Assembly: GCA_020724955.1 (NCBI GenBank)
Contig: DYFY01000001.1
Coordinates: forward strand, 2,046-66,045
From: Candidatus Parvarchaeum sp.
Lineage (GTDB): Archaea > Nanobdellota > Nanobdellia > Pacearchaeales > GW2011-AR1
DNA length: 64,000 nt
Reading direction: 5' to 3'
This document shows positions 38,522-48,544 of this stretch, one piece after another. The notes beneath the pieces are model-generated. The model had not been told where the DNA came from. It worked only from the letters and a program-made list of their open reading frames with translations, and did not search any database. The position numbers were made by a program, and so were the translations under genes. The stretch's first letter is position 1. Every line of letters begins with the position of its first letter.

Positions 38522-39808
38522 ATGATAGATATTAGGCTTATAAGAGAAAGCCCTGATAAGGTCAAAGAGAATATTAAGAAGAGGTTCCAGCACAGCAAGT
38601 TGCGATTGGTTGATAAGATTTTTGAACTTGATTCTGAATGGAGAAAAATAAAAACTGAGGTTGACAGATTGAGGTTCGAGAGAAACAAAATTTCAAAGGA
38701 AATTTCAAACACCAAAAAATCCGGAGGGAGCGCGGCAGTTTTGCTTAAGAAAGCAAAAGAAATTCCGAAGAAAATAGAAGAACTTGAAGATAAGGGGAAA
38801 AGCCTGGAGATGGAGATAAACGATATGTTGCTGCAAATTCCCAACATACTTCATAAATCTGTGCCAATTGGAAAAGGCCCGGAAGATAATGTTGTCAGGG
38901 ATATAATTGGCAGGCCTGCCAAAAACAGCTTTGATGTAAAAAATCATGCCGAGCTTGGAGAGAATCTTAAAATTTTGGATTTTGATGCCTCTGTTGAATT
39001 GTCAGGAAAGGGATTTTATGTTATGAAAGGAGATCTTGCGTTGCTAAATCAGGCATTGATAAACTATTCGAGGGATTTTATGGTTTCAAAAGGTTATGAG
39101 TATATAGAGCCTCCTCTGATGATAAAAGAAAATATCCTTAAAGGAGTTTATTCCAAAAGCGAGATTGAGCAGATGTCTTACAAAATAGAAGGTGAGGATT
39201 TGTATCTGATTGCCACTTCTGAGCATCCTGTGATTGGAATGTTTATTGGCAAGACGTTAAATCACAAGGAGCTTCCTGTTAAACTTACTGCTTATAGTAT
39301 GTGTTTCAGAAAGGAAATAGGAAGTCATGGGATTGATGAAAAAGGCCTTTTCAGAACTCATCAGTTTAATAAACAGGAAATGGTTGTAATTTGCAGGCCT
39401 GAGGATTCCTACAAATATTATGATGAGCTTTTGAAGCTTTCAAAAGAGTTGTTCAAGAAGCTTGGAATCCCAATAAGAGAGCTTGAATCGTGTTCTGGAG
39501 ATTTGGCTGATTTAAAGGCAAAGGGGGCTGATCTGGAGGCTTGGAGTCCGAGACAAAAAAAATATTTTGAAATAACCTCAGTGACAAACATGGAGGAAGC
39601 ACAGGCCAGAAGACTAAATATAAAATTTTTTGATGAAATGGGAGAAAGGAGATTTGTGCATACTTTGAATAATACAGCTATTGCGACTTCAAGAGCTTTG
39701 GTTGCGATTATGGAAAATTATCAGCAAAAGAACGGAAGCATAAAAATACCGAATGCTCTTGTGCCATATATGAATGGGAAGAAATTTATCGGCGGGAAGA
39801 AGAATTAA
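38522..39808 (+). CDS. serS: Seryl-tRNA synthetase
   Basis: N-terminal coiled-coil arm (MIDIRLIRESPDKVKENIKKRFQ) and class II catalytic core (FRKEIGSHG..., TSRALVAIMENYQ). Confidence 0.9.
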   Translation: MIDIRLIRESPDKVKENIKKRFQHSKLRLVDKIFELDSEWRKIKTEVDRLRFERNKISKEISNTKKSGGSAAVLLKKAKEIPKKIEELEDKGKSLEMEINDMLLQIPNILHKSVPIGKGPEDNVVRDIIGRPAKNSFDVKNHAELGENLKILDFDASVELSGKGFYVMKGDLALLNQALINYSRDFMVSKGYEYIEPPLMIKENILKGVYSKSEIEQMSYKIEGEDLYLIATSEHPVIGMFIGKTLNHKELPVKLTAYSMCFRKEIGSHGIDEKGLFRTHQFNKQEMVVICRPEDSYKYYDELLKLSKELFKKLGIPIRELESCSGDLADLKAKGADLEAWSPRQKKYFEITSVTNMEEAQARRLNIKFFDEMGERRFVHTLNNTAIATSRALVAIMENYQQKNGSIKIPNALVPYMNGKKFIGGKKN

Positions 39809-39883
39809 TATGGCTATAGAAAACCATAGTGGATTTCAAGAAAGAGAAGTTTTGCAGTTTGCAAGATAGTTAAAATTTCTTAA

Positions 39884-40492
39884 TTATTGCTTCAGCAAAA
39901 TTCCGCCATCACTTTCCCTCCAATCTGTGTGGGTTCCGTCTTCAGAATAAGGCTGCAATTTTGTTGTGTATTCTTTAATTAGATACGCTAATGGTCCTCT
40001 ATGAACTGTAATCTGCCCAGTTGGCGTGATTCTTTCAATCTCTTTTGCAGCTGTTCTAAAATATTTGTCAATAATTTCATCCAAATCAGAATCATCTATT
40101 AAAATAGATCTACATCCACCAATTATTACAGGGTCAAAAACACCATAACTTGTGACAATTGCAGATTCATCTGGATGTTTGTTCCAAAAATTATAAGCGT
40201 CACGTTCAAGAAAGACTCTTTGCCCCTGAGAATTCATTTCTCCTATTTTATCTACCAACTCTTGTCTTGGCTTGGGTTCAACAACAACCAATTCTTTACA
40301 TCCTGCTTTGAAAAAAAGAGGTAAATACCAACCAGTTCCAGAGCCCAAATCAATTATCTTTTGTCCTCTAAATTTTGAAGCTACATCTGGGCGACATAAG
40401 TCAGATTTTATTCTATCATAACTAATTCTATACATAACGCGGCTAGCAGTTCTTAATTTATCTACTTCAGACTCTGTTAAAGTTGTAATCAT
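39884..40492 (-). CDS. SAM-dependent methyltransferase (class I)
   Basis: Motif I IIDLGSGTGWY and motif II ELVVVEP. Confidence 0.55.
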   Translation of the reverse strand: MITTLTESEVDKLRTASRVMYRISYDRIKSDLCRPDVASKFRGQKIIDLGSGTGWYLPLFFKAGCKELVVVEPKPRQELVDKIGEMNSQGQRVFLERDAYNFWNKHPDESAIVTSYGVFDPVIIGGCRSILIDDSDLDEIIDKYFRTAAKEIERITPTGQITVHRGPLAYLIKEYTTKLQPYSEDGTHTDWRESDGGILLKQ

Positions 40493-40762
40493 ATTACCAC
40501 TATTTAGAGACTATTATTTAAAGATTTCTATTATTTTTGTCATGATACTTTTTGACTAATGGTTATTCGTATTTGACGCCGATTTTTTACTTTGGATTTT
40601 AGTACAATTTTTCGTGGCGAAACTAAGCAAAGATTCAATTTTTGGGAGTTTAACAGCGACTAAGAATTTTATGTAAATGTGAATGTCCCAGAGATATGGA
40701 AATTAACAATCAATGAACGAGTCTTAGCCTTTTTCTTTTTCCAAAAAGTATAAAAGTGTTGA

Positions 40763-41380
40763 TTGCACCGGATTTCTATGCAATATAAAAAAGGAAGTGA
40801 GTTTAGAAAGCCTGAGTATGAAATTGATAAAATATTTCTTGATAGGTGGAGTCCGCGTGCAATGAGCGGAGAGGACTTGGATGACGATGAATTAATGAGT
40901 TTGTTTGAAGCAGCGAGATGGGCTCCTTCTTCCAGCAATGAACAGCCATGGAGATTCATTTATGCCAAGCGGGGCAGCGAACAATGGGAAAGGTTTTTTA
41001 ATCTTCTCATAGAATTTAATCAGATTTGGTGCAGAAATGCTTCGGTTCTATGCTGTCTGGTTTCTAAAAAGACATTTACCAAAGAAGGGAATGAAAACAG
41101 AAATTTTATGTCGGATGCTGGGGCGGCGTGGGAAAATCTTGCTCTGCAGGGAAGTTTAAAAGGATTGGTTGTTCATGGAATGGCTGGTTTCGATGTAGAG
41201 CGCACAAGGGCTGAGCTTGAGATACCTGAAGATTATGAAGTGGTACACATTTTTGCTATTGGAAAGCCCGGGAGCTTGGATATGATTCCTGAAAGAATGA
41301 GAAAATCTGAAATTCCAAGCGAGAGGAAACCTCTAGACGAAATTGTTTTTGAAGGAAAATTTAAAAAAAATAAAAATTGA
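40763..41380 (+). CDS. Nitroreductase-family flavoprotein
   Basis: RWSPRAMSGEDL...EAARWAPSSSNEQPWRF is the nitroreductase N-terminal signature. Confidence 0.7.
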   Translation: MHRISMQYKKGSEFRKPEYEIDKIFLDRWSPRAMSGEDLDDDELMSLFEAARWAPSSSNEQPWRFIYAKRGSEQWERFFNLLIEFNQIWCRNASVLCCLVSKKTFTKEGNENRNFMSDAGAAWENLALQGSLKGLVVHGMAGFDVERTRAELEIPEDYEVVHIFAIGKPGSLDMIPERMRKSEIPSERKPLDEIVFEGKFKKNKN

Positions 41381-41384
41381 GAAT

Positions 41385-41762
41385 TTACTTCTTCGTGCTT
41401 TTTCCTGTCATGCTTTTTTTGCCGTGCATTCCCCAGACCAGATAGTTGGATGCCAGAGCAAGATGTACAAGCAGTTGAGCGATGTTTTCCAAATATGCTG
41501 TAAATGCAGCAACCACTAATATCACAATAGGAGGCCATACCGTATATTTGAGATTCCAATTAGCTAGTATAGCTAGACCAAATGCAATTTCCACTAAGAG
41601 CAAAAGCCATGCAAAAAACACAGGTGCAGGAAAACCAAATCCTGCGAGCATTCCAGGTATGTCTCCCTGAAGGATTCCAAGCATAACTCCAAGCTTGTAC
41701 AATCCAGGAATAAGCATCACCAAACCCAGCAATATCCTGTTTATTAAATATAGATGCTTCAT
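41385..41762 (-). CDS. DoxX-like membrane protein
   Basis: Four TM helices with a DoxX-like pattern (RILLGLVMLIPGLYKL). Confidence 0.5.
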   Translation of the reverse strand: MKHLYLINRILLGLVMLIPGLYKLGVMLGILQGDIPGMLAGFGFPAPVFFAWLLLLVEIAFGLAILANWNLKYTVWPPIVILVVAAFTAYLENIAQLLVHLALASNYLVWGMHGKKSMTGKSTKK

Positions 41763-41855
41763 TTTTATCCTCCTTTCAATCTTTTACAAATAAGAATTTC
41801 ATAGCTTATAAACCTTCAGATAAATCATAAATAAAATAAAAAAATAAGTCTGAAG

Positions 41856-42083
41856 CTATCTGACCTTTTCAACTATAGCCAGCAACACTCCTAGAAGTGT
41901 TAGCACCACCACAATCCATCCGGCTATTGCGGTTACAAAATCGGGAATAAACCACACCGGCAGTGTTCCGCTAATCATCCCGAAACCAACAGCCAAAGAA
42001 ACAAGAATGCCTGCTATCCACACCACTAAGTTCAATAGAGCATTCATCCCGTTTCCGCCGGAAGAACTTCTTCTTCTTGCCAT
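41856..42083 (-). CDS. Small membrane protein
   Basis: 75 aa, two TM helices. Confidence 0.35.
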   Translation of the reverse strand: MARRRSSSGGNGMNALLNLVVWIAGILVSLAVGFGMISGTLPVWFIPDFVTAIAGWIVVVLTLLGVLLAIVEKVR

Positions 42084-42202
42084 TTAACACCTCCTTTTAA
42101 CCTTTGTTAAAATACAAATATAACAATTCTTTTTGTTATTTAAAGGTTTGGGCTTTTGCATTATTGCTATAGAAATAAATATGGCTTCTATTTGGAATAG
42201 TT

Positions 42203-42517
42203 ATGGATAAAAATATCGCCTGTGTTGTTCTTGTAACAATATTAATTTTGCTTGTGCCATTGACATTAACATTAATCAATCCTAACGCCTCAATTTACGG
42301 AGGCGAAGGAGGAGGTTGGGATTGGATGCCGGGAGACTTTATTGTTATGGGAGCTCTATTGCTAATTACCGGTTTGGCAATTAATTTTGTAATTAAAAAA
42401 TTCAACAAGATGCCTTATATGGTTATCTTAGTGGCAGCAATTGTAATTGTGTTCTTGCTGGTTTGGATTGAATTGGCCGTTGACGCTGTATCAATGGCTC
42501 TGGACTACCTGTTGTAG
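42203..42517 (+). CDS. Small membrane protein
   Basis: 104 aa, three TM helices. Confidence 0.35.
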   Translation: MDKNIACVVLVTILILLVPLTLTLINPNASIYGGEGGGWDWMPGDFIVMGALLLITGLAINFVIKKFNKMPYMVILVAAIVIVFLLVWIELAVDAVSMALDYLL

Positions 42518-42527
42518 AGAAATAAAA

Positions 42528-42929
42528 TTAATATCTATGATAATAATATCCGTCATGATATTTTGGATAATAATATCCTCTGTAATCATAAGAAGAGCGA
42601 TAATAGCTGTCTGAATAATAAGGGTCTATGTAATGCACTCTTGGATAATTATATGTGTAATGAGGGTAAGAAGGCCCGTAACTCCAGTAATTGTAGACTC
42701 TGTTGTACGAGGGATAGTGCCTATAATAATCTTCTGAAGAATAATAATAAGTTGTTTTGGAGGGGGAGTCCTTTTTTATTTCTGTTGTTTTTCCGTAAGG
42801 AGTGTAGGTTGTTGTTTTCGAGTAGCTGTCTGTGTAGCCGTAATGGTACGCTGACGCAACCGGTGTTACTAAGAGAGCCAGCAGAGCAATCAATGAAATT
42901 CCAAGCGTGAAAAAAAGCTTTTTATTCAT
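42528..42929 (-). CDS. Secreted tyrosine-rich low-complexity protein
   Basis: Signal peptide, then roughly 30% Tyr (YYYSSEDYYRHYPSYNRVYNYWSYGPSYPHYTYNYPRVHYIDPYYSDSYYRSSYDYRGYYYPKYHDGYYYHRY). Confidence 0.5.
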   Translation of the reverse strand: MNKKLFFTLGISLIALLALLVTPVASAYHYGYTDSYSKTTTYTPYGKTTEIKKDSPSKTTYYYSSEDYYRHYPSYNRVYNYWSYGPSYPHYTYNYPRVHYIDPYYSDSYYRSSYDYRGYYYPKYHDGYYYHRY

Positions 42930-43104
42930 GATTTTCCGACGACGTTCTGATTTATAAACATTTCGGGGGTTGTCTTTTTGTAGTTACGTCCAATGCGGCC
43001 AAGAACAATAAAGAATAAAAATGTTTGCGCTGAATTTTCTAAATTATAAGCTGGACTTAACATGGAAAAAAGATTTAAAAACTGACATTGCAACATTTAG
43101 ATAA

Positions 43105-43248
43105 GCCTCAATAGTATAGTGGTTAGTACATCGCCCTGTCGCGAGGCAAGGGAGCCAAGGTTTCCTTGACCATCAATTTTCCTTTAAAATAGGAGTTCGG
43201 TGACCTCGTAGAACGGCGGAGACCCGGGTTCGATTCCCGGTTGGGGCG
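43105..43248 (+). tRNA. tRNA-Asp(GTC) with a 72-nt intron after anticodon-loop position 37
   Basis: Exon 1: GCCTCAA-TA-GTAT-AGTGGTTA-GTAC-A-TCGCC-CTGTCG. Intron at 43142-43213. Exon 2: C-GGCGG-AGAC-CCGGG-TTCGATT-CCCGG-TTGGGGC-G. All stems pair. Confidence 0.75.
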
Positions 43249-43335
43249 TCTTGTTTTTGGGTATATTATAAGTCGCAAATTCCGAACTCTCTTTATAAAG
43301 GATAAATATTAATAGAAGAAGAGTTTGTTATTTCT

Positions 43336-43743
43336 ATGAATAAACATTTAAAAAATTGTGGGAAAAATGTTGTAAAAAGTGCGATTGATTGTTCTCAACT
43401 AATAGGCAGACAAGACGCATTAGGTGCAACATCTTGTCTTATGAGTTTGAAAGAAACAGCAGATTCTTGTATAAAGGCAATAAAAGAGAATCCTCAAATG
43501 GGAGTTCAGAAAAGAGATTTTCAGATTAAAAATAGACCAATTCCAGTCTATCCAAGATACAGATATCGAGAAAGACTTGATGAAGACTTGCCAGAAATTA
43601 CCACTAGATCAAAATCGATCAAGATAAATTTAGTTTGTCAGCAATGTCACAATCAACAAAGCAGGTTCATCAAGACTGGAGAAGAAACTACGATAGTCTG
43701 TCAATTTTGTGGGTGCGTAAGCAACTTTTCTATTAAAAACTGA
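43336..43743 (+). CDS. Hypothetical protein with a C-terminal C4 zinc ribbon
   Basis: CQQCHNQ...CQFCGC at the C-terminus. Immediately upstream of the HEPN protein in the same orientation. Confidence 0.5.
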   Translation: MNKHLKNCGKNVVKSAIDCSQLIGRQDALGATSCLMSLKETADSCIKAIKENPQMGVQKRDFQIKNRPIPVYPRYRYRERLDEDLPEITTRSKSIKINLVCQQCHNQQSRFIKTGEETTIVCQFCGCVSNFSIKN

Positions 43744-43772
43744 ATCTTGTAAATGTCAATAAATAAAAACCA

Positions 43773-45617
43773 TTGAATTATTGGTTTTATATGACAAGAG
43801 AGAAGATAAATCAAATAATGGATGCGGAGTATGAAAGAATGTATCCTTTTGAGATAGAAAGAGAACTCTTGCCCCTCTTTAAATTAGCTGAAGAAAATAA
43901 GGATGAGGTAACCAAACAAGAAATTTTATGGGAGATAGATTTGCTTAATCGAACTATGGGGCATGTAGTCGTTTATCAAGGAAAAGAGGTCGCAGAAGTT
44001 AGTAACAAATGGGGACTTTTATTAGAAACTGGTGAATTTAAAGCAATATCAAACGCACCCTTTTGTGAATGGAAAAGAGAAGCCATTGATTATTACAAGG
44101 AAAGATATGGTCAAACAAAAAGCAGTTTGGCAAAAGCAAGATATGCCTTTGCAGTTATGGTATTTTCTTCTGGAACTGAAAGGCTAGAATGGATGAGTAA
44201 ATCTGTAGATAACTGGCTAAAAACAGCTAAAGACTATATAACCAAGAAAGTATACAACAAAGAATATTATGAACTCCCACCATTTGCTTATGAATTTGCA
44301 TTGAAGTTGAGCCTGTCTTTTGGAAACAAGGATTTGGCTAAAAAAGTTTTAGAATCATTACATACAAATATAATATCTATCTTAAGTTTTGGAGAGAAAA
44401 GATGGTATCTAGAATTCTTTGAAGTAGAATCAAAATATATTCACTCATTAGATAATGTTGATGAAATAAAAAAAGAAAGTGTGGAGAAGATAAAAGAGAT
44501 CATTAAACAGTTAGAGTCTGAATTTGAAAAAAGTGAGGATAAACAGAAAAGCAATCATTTCATAAGACATCATCTTCGCATTTTATTGAACTATAAAACA
44601 GAAAATGATTATGACTTAAATCAAAGGATTGCTGAGTCTTATATTACAGAGGCAGAAGCGAGAGAAGAAGCACTTGTTAAATCTTCTTTTTATAACGATG
44701 CGGTTAAAAAGTATAAAGAAATGCAAGGGAAATATTCTGACAAAAAACAAGAAATTGAAAAAAGACTTGAAGAATTAATTCTTAAAATGAAGGAAATCAA
44801 CTCTAAAATAACTTATAAAACAATTCAAACAGAGATTACAGTAACTAATAAACAAATTGAAGAATATTTGAATCATTTAAGAGGTAGAAAAAAAGATTTG
44901 TTAATTGCATTTCTAGAGGATAATTCTTTGTTCCCCAAGTATGATCAAACCATAAAGATGACTGAAGACCAGAAGAAGCAACATCCACTTCAGTTTATTG
45001 TGCCCATTGCAGTTTATAGCGGAGAAGACCCAATTATGAAAATGACAAATGATACCGATATATTTGACCATAAAGTTAGAAGAAATATTTTGTTAGGATT
45101 AAAAATAGGAGAGATTATGTGCAAGATGATATTTGAATTGTTAAAGAAAGAGCCAGAGGTAGACATCTTAAAGGCTACTGAAAGTTTGATTAGTCAAGAT
45201 GAAATAAAGAACATTAAACCTACGTTGAGCACTGGCTTTAACCATGTCTTTGGAGAGAAAAAAGATTTTGTTGCAGGATTACACATTCTAACACCTTATA
45301 TCGAAGAAGTAATACGAATGATAATAAAAAAAGCTGGAAAAGTTGAGATTGTCTTGGAACAACATAAAACCAAATTTTTCAGGGGCATCGAACTTGGGGG
45401 ATTATTGTCTGATAAAAATGTTGAAGAACTTATAGGTTTGGATTTTCAAAAATCATTAAAGGTCATGTTCATAGATAATGACCAGTCAAATATAAGAAAT
45501 GAATTATTGCATGGAAGATTATCTTCAGATAGAATTAATGAATCTCTCGCTTTGTTTGTGTCCTATTGCTTACTAAAATTGATAAACATCCTCAGGGATA
45601 CCAATAAGAAGCAATAA
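43773..45617 (+). CDS. Large hypothetical protein with a C-terminal HEPN-like domain (Rx4H motif, DUF4145/Abi-like)
   Basis: Near the C-terminus, [10 protein letters not shown] contains R-x4-H in the RNxxxHG form common to HEPN/Abi RNase domains. The N-terminal ~450 aa is helical with no motif I recognise. Confidence 0.5.
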   Translation: MNYWFYMTREKINQIMDAEYERMYPFEIERELLPLFKLAEENKDEVTKQEILWEIDLLNRTMGHVVVYQGKEVAEVSNKWGLLLETGEFKAISNAPFCEWKREAIDYYKERYGQTKSSLAKARYAFAVMVFSSGTERLEWMSKSVDNWLKTAKDYITKKVYNKEYYELPPFAYEFALKLSLSFGNKDLAKKVLESLHTNIISILSFGEKRWYLEFFEVESKYIHSLDNVDEIKKESVEKIKEIIKQLESEFEKSEDKQKSNHFIRHHLRILLNYKTENDYDLNQRIAESYITEAEAREEALVKSSFYNDAVKKYKEMQGKYSDKKQEIEKRLEELILKMKEINSKITYKTIQTEITVTNKQIEEYLNHLRGRKKDLLIAFLEDNSLFPKYDQTIKMTEDQKKQHPLQFIVPIAVYSGEDPIMKMTNDTDIFDHKVRRNILLGLKIGEIMCKMIFELLKKEPEVDILKATESLISQDEIKNIKPTLSTGFNHVFGEKKDFVAGLHILTPYIEEVIRMIIKKAGKVEIVLEQHKTKFFRGIELGGLLSDKNVEELIGLDFQKSLKVMFIDNDQSNIRNELLHGRLSSDRINESLALFVSYCLLKLINILRDTNKKQ

Positions 45618-45624
45618 TAAGGGA

Positions 45625-46391
45625 GTGTATAGGGCATACAAAAGTATAAACTTTATATATGTGCTCTATTGTAACTATATTATGTTAGACATAAAAACTT
45701 TGGAAGGGTGGCTTTGGGAAGCTGCTTGTAAGATTCGAGGAGAAGTTGATGCCGCAAAATACAAAGATTATATTCTCCCTTTGATTTTCTTAAAAAGATT
45801 ATCTGATTTTTATGAAGACGACATTCAAAAGCTAACTGAAGAATATGGGGATAAAAAACGTCTGAAGAGTTGGTTGAAGAAGACCATAGTTTAGTCTGGT
45901 TTTATCTGCCAAAAGAATCAAGGTGGTCAAATATTATAAAACAGACTACAAAACTTGGAGAGATTCTTACTGATGCTGTTCGTTCTGTTGCAAAGACAAA
46001 TCCAAAACTTCAGGGAGTTATCGATTTTGTAGATTTTAATGCAACTGCTTCAGGTCAAAGAATTGTGGGCGATGATAAACTAAAATTACTAATTGATATT
46101 TTAAACAAACATAGACTTGGCTTGAGAGATGTTGAGCCAGATATTTTAGGTAGAGCTTATGAATATTTATTAAGAAAATTTGCAGAAGGCTCGGGACAAA
46201 GTGCAGGAGAATTCTATACTCCTAGAGAGGTTGCTGTTTTGATGGCGATGGTTGTTGAGCCAAAAGAAGGAGAAGAGGTTTACGATCCATGTTTGGGTTC
46301 TGGTGGTTTGTTAATAAAATGTCATTTAAGATTCAAAGAAAACTATGGAAACAACACAAAAATTAAACCTTTGAAATTCTATGGGCAATAA
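45625..46391 (+). pseudogene. hsdM: Type I restriction-modification HsdM methyltransferase, frameshifted and 3'-truncated
   Basis: Two overlapping ORFs in different frames (45625-45894 and 45870-46391). They carry the HsdM N-domain ([17 protein letters not shown]) and the motif region DILGRAYEYLLRKFAEGSGQSAGEFYTPREV...DPCLGSGGLL. Translation stops right after FYGQ, before the catalytic motif. Confidence 0.7.
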
Positions 46392-46427
46392 TTTTTGCAA
46401 GCAAGTTACTTAAGGGAGCCGTAATTA

Positions 46428-46760
46428 AATGTCAAGATTATGAAGATATAAAAAAATATGTTAAGAAAGGAGATTTTGTTTATTTAGATCCTTGTTACGA
46501 TCCTATTAAAAAAACTAGTTTCGCTAATTACACTCCGAAAAGATTCTCACATGTTGATAATATCAGACTATCTAATTTTATAGATGAGCTAAGAAAAAAA
46601 GAATCTAAAGTTATGCTCAGCAATAATTTAACTATAAATGTTAAGAGATTATATCCATTAAAAGAATATTACAGAACTAAGGTAGAAGGTTCTAGAAGCA
46701 TAAGTGGACTGAGTTATGGAAGAGGAAAGATCCCAGAATTGCTGGTTACAAATTATTAGC
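46428..46760 (+). pseudogene. Dam-like (D12 class) N6-adenine DNA methyltransferase, C-terminal remnant without start
   Basis: Hand translation gives ...GDFVYLDPCYDPIKK...FSHVDNIRLSNFIDELRKKESKVMLSNN...RSISGLSYGRGKIPELLVTNY*. This matches the Dam motif IV region (DPPY degenerated to DPCY) and the Dam C-terminus. No start codon; upstream stops. Confidence 0.55.
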
Positions 46761-46887
46761 TATTGAAATCAAACCGAAAATTAGTTAAACTTCCTCGTCT
46801 TCAACTCATCAAATGCTCTTACAAAAGAGAGGAAAAACAAAGAGAACATAAGCGCGGGATGACTAATTTGAGGAAGGATTCTATTAT

Positions 46888-48351
46888 CTATTTTTTTCTG
46901 AATGAAACTGCCAGAGATGCCAAAATTGGAATTATTACAACTGCCCAACCGATTGAGAGGGCCCACGCGGGATAGCCTTCGTAGGGATTTGCTATGTCTG
47001 TAATTAATTGATTGATTAGAAGAATAATCAGCGCGAGAGGTATTATGTATTTTATTGAAACATTCCACCATTTTCCAACTTTTGCTCCGCCTGAGCTGTT
47101 AAGAAACAATCTCATTTTTTCTGCCCCATATACCCATCCAACAGCTATTGAAGTGAAAAGACCTACAAGGATTATGACATAGTTTGTTACAAAATGGTCA
47201 ACTATATCTAAGATGTACAGCCCTGCTCCTGTTGTGAAAATAATTCCGAGAACGAATGCGGTTGAGCAGGTTAATAGCGCTATTTTTTTGCTATTTGGGT
47301 TCTTTTGCCTGTCTGCAATGACTGCGTTGACTCCTTCGATTAAGGAAAAGGCGCTGTCTATTCCAAGCGTCAGAAGCATTAGGAAAAATAGTGCCGCAAA
47401 GAACCATGCGAAAGGCATTAGGGAAAGCGCTTCTGGAAACACGACAAATGCAAGGCCAGGACCAGAAGTTATTGCATCTTCGATTGGAACATTGTTTGCG
47501 AAAGCCATGTAACCAATTATTGAGAATACCACGAATCCTGCCAGGAGGCCGATCGCCGCATCGGAAATAGAGGTTATGTAGGCGTTTCCGACAGCCCTGT
47601 CTTTCTTTTTATTGTAACTTGCGTAGGCAATCATGACTCCAAAGCCGACGCTGAGCGAGAAAAATATCTGAGATGTTGCAGCCATCCATAATTCAAGACT
47701 CAGCAAAGCAGAAAAATCAGGATTAAGATAGGCTATAATTCCTTCTAAAGAACCTGGAAGAGTTATTCCTCTTATGAGCAGGATGAAGAGAAGAATAACC
47801 GGAAGAGGCATTGTTATCACTACCACTTTTCCGACGCTTTTCACTCCTTTCCAGACTATAAAGTAAATGGCTATCCAGACAGCAAGCAGGGCTGTTAAAA
47901 CAGGCCATTGTATCCCTCCAAGTATGTTCACACTTTCAGTAAGTCCTAGAACATCGGTGAAGAAATATGATTTTGAATTTCCTGCCCAAGGAAGCCTTGG
48001 GTTGAATGACTTTAGAAAGAACAGAAGAGACCACGCGAGAACAACAGCGTAATAAATTACGACAATAAATGAGGCAAATATTGCGGCTATTCCTACTCCT
48101 GAGAGTTTTTTATTAATTGCTCTGAAGGATTCCACTGCTCCTTTCTGCATTTTTTGACCTATTGCAAATTCAAGAATCAAAAGGGGAATTCCAATAATGA
48201 ACAACGCCAGTATGTAAGGGATTAAAAAAGCTCCTCCTCCGAATTTGTGAGTCAGATAGGGAAAGCGCCAGACATTTCCCAGGCCAACTGCGCTCCCAAT
48301 CGCTGCAAATATGAAGATTGTTCTGGAGGCCCAGCGCGCTCTGTCAGCCAT
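46888..48351 (-). CDS. Sodium-dependent transporter, SNF/NSS family
   Basis: GNVWRFPY signature and 12 TM helices. Confidence 0.85.
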   Translation of the reverse strand: MADRARWASRTIFIFAAIGSAVGLGNVWRFPYLTHKFGGGAFLIPYILALFIIGIPLLILEFAIGQKMQKGAVESFRAINKKLSGVGIAAIFASFIVVIYYAVVLAWSLLFFLKSFNPRLPWAGNSKSYFFTDVLGLTESVNILGGIQWPVLTALLAVWIAIYFIVWKGVKSVGKVVVITMPLPVILLFILLIRGITLPGSLEGIIAYLNPDFSALLSLELWMAATSQIFFSLSVGFGVMIAYASYNKKKDRAVGNAYITSISDAAIGLLAGFVVFSIIGYMAFANNVPIEDAITSGPGLAFVVFPEALSLMPFAWFFAALFFLMLLTLGIDSAFSLIEGVNAVIADRQKNPNSKKIALLTCSTAFVLGIIFTTGAGLYILDIVDHFVTNYVIILVGLFTSIAVGWVYGAEKMRLFLNSSGGAKVGKWWNVSIKYIIPLALIILLINQLITDIANPYEGYPAWALSIGWAVVIIPILASLAVSFRKK

Positions 48352-48455
48352 TTTTTTATTAAGATAAAAGATTATATAAATTTGTTTGTTGCTTTATTGC
48401 TGAGGGCGAATTCTGATGACACATTTTATAAATCAGGTTTTCTGGGTTTTGCATT

Positions 48456-48526
48456 GGGCCCATGGTTCAGTGGCAGAACGTCCGGCTGGCAGTCGGGAGG
48501 CGTGAGTTCGATTCTCGCTGGGTCCA
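48456..48526 (+). tRNA. tRNA-Ala(GGC)
   Basis: Acceptor GGGCCCA/TGGGTCC gives the G3:U70 Ala identity pair and A73. Anticodon loop CTGGCAG. T arm GTGAG-TTCGATT-CTCGC. Confidence 0.8.
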
Positions 48527-48544
48527 TTACTGCTTTGATAAACT

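Noticed and set aside
38494-38947. Minus-strand ORFs 38494-38847 and 38705-38947
   Set aside because: They are antisense to the serS 5' region and have low-complexity translation. serS is unambiguous on the plus strand.
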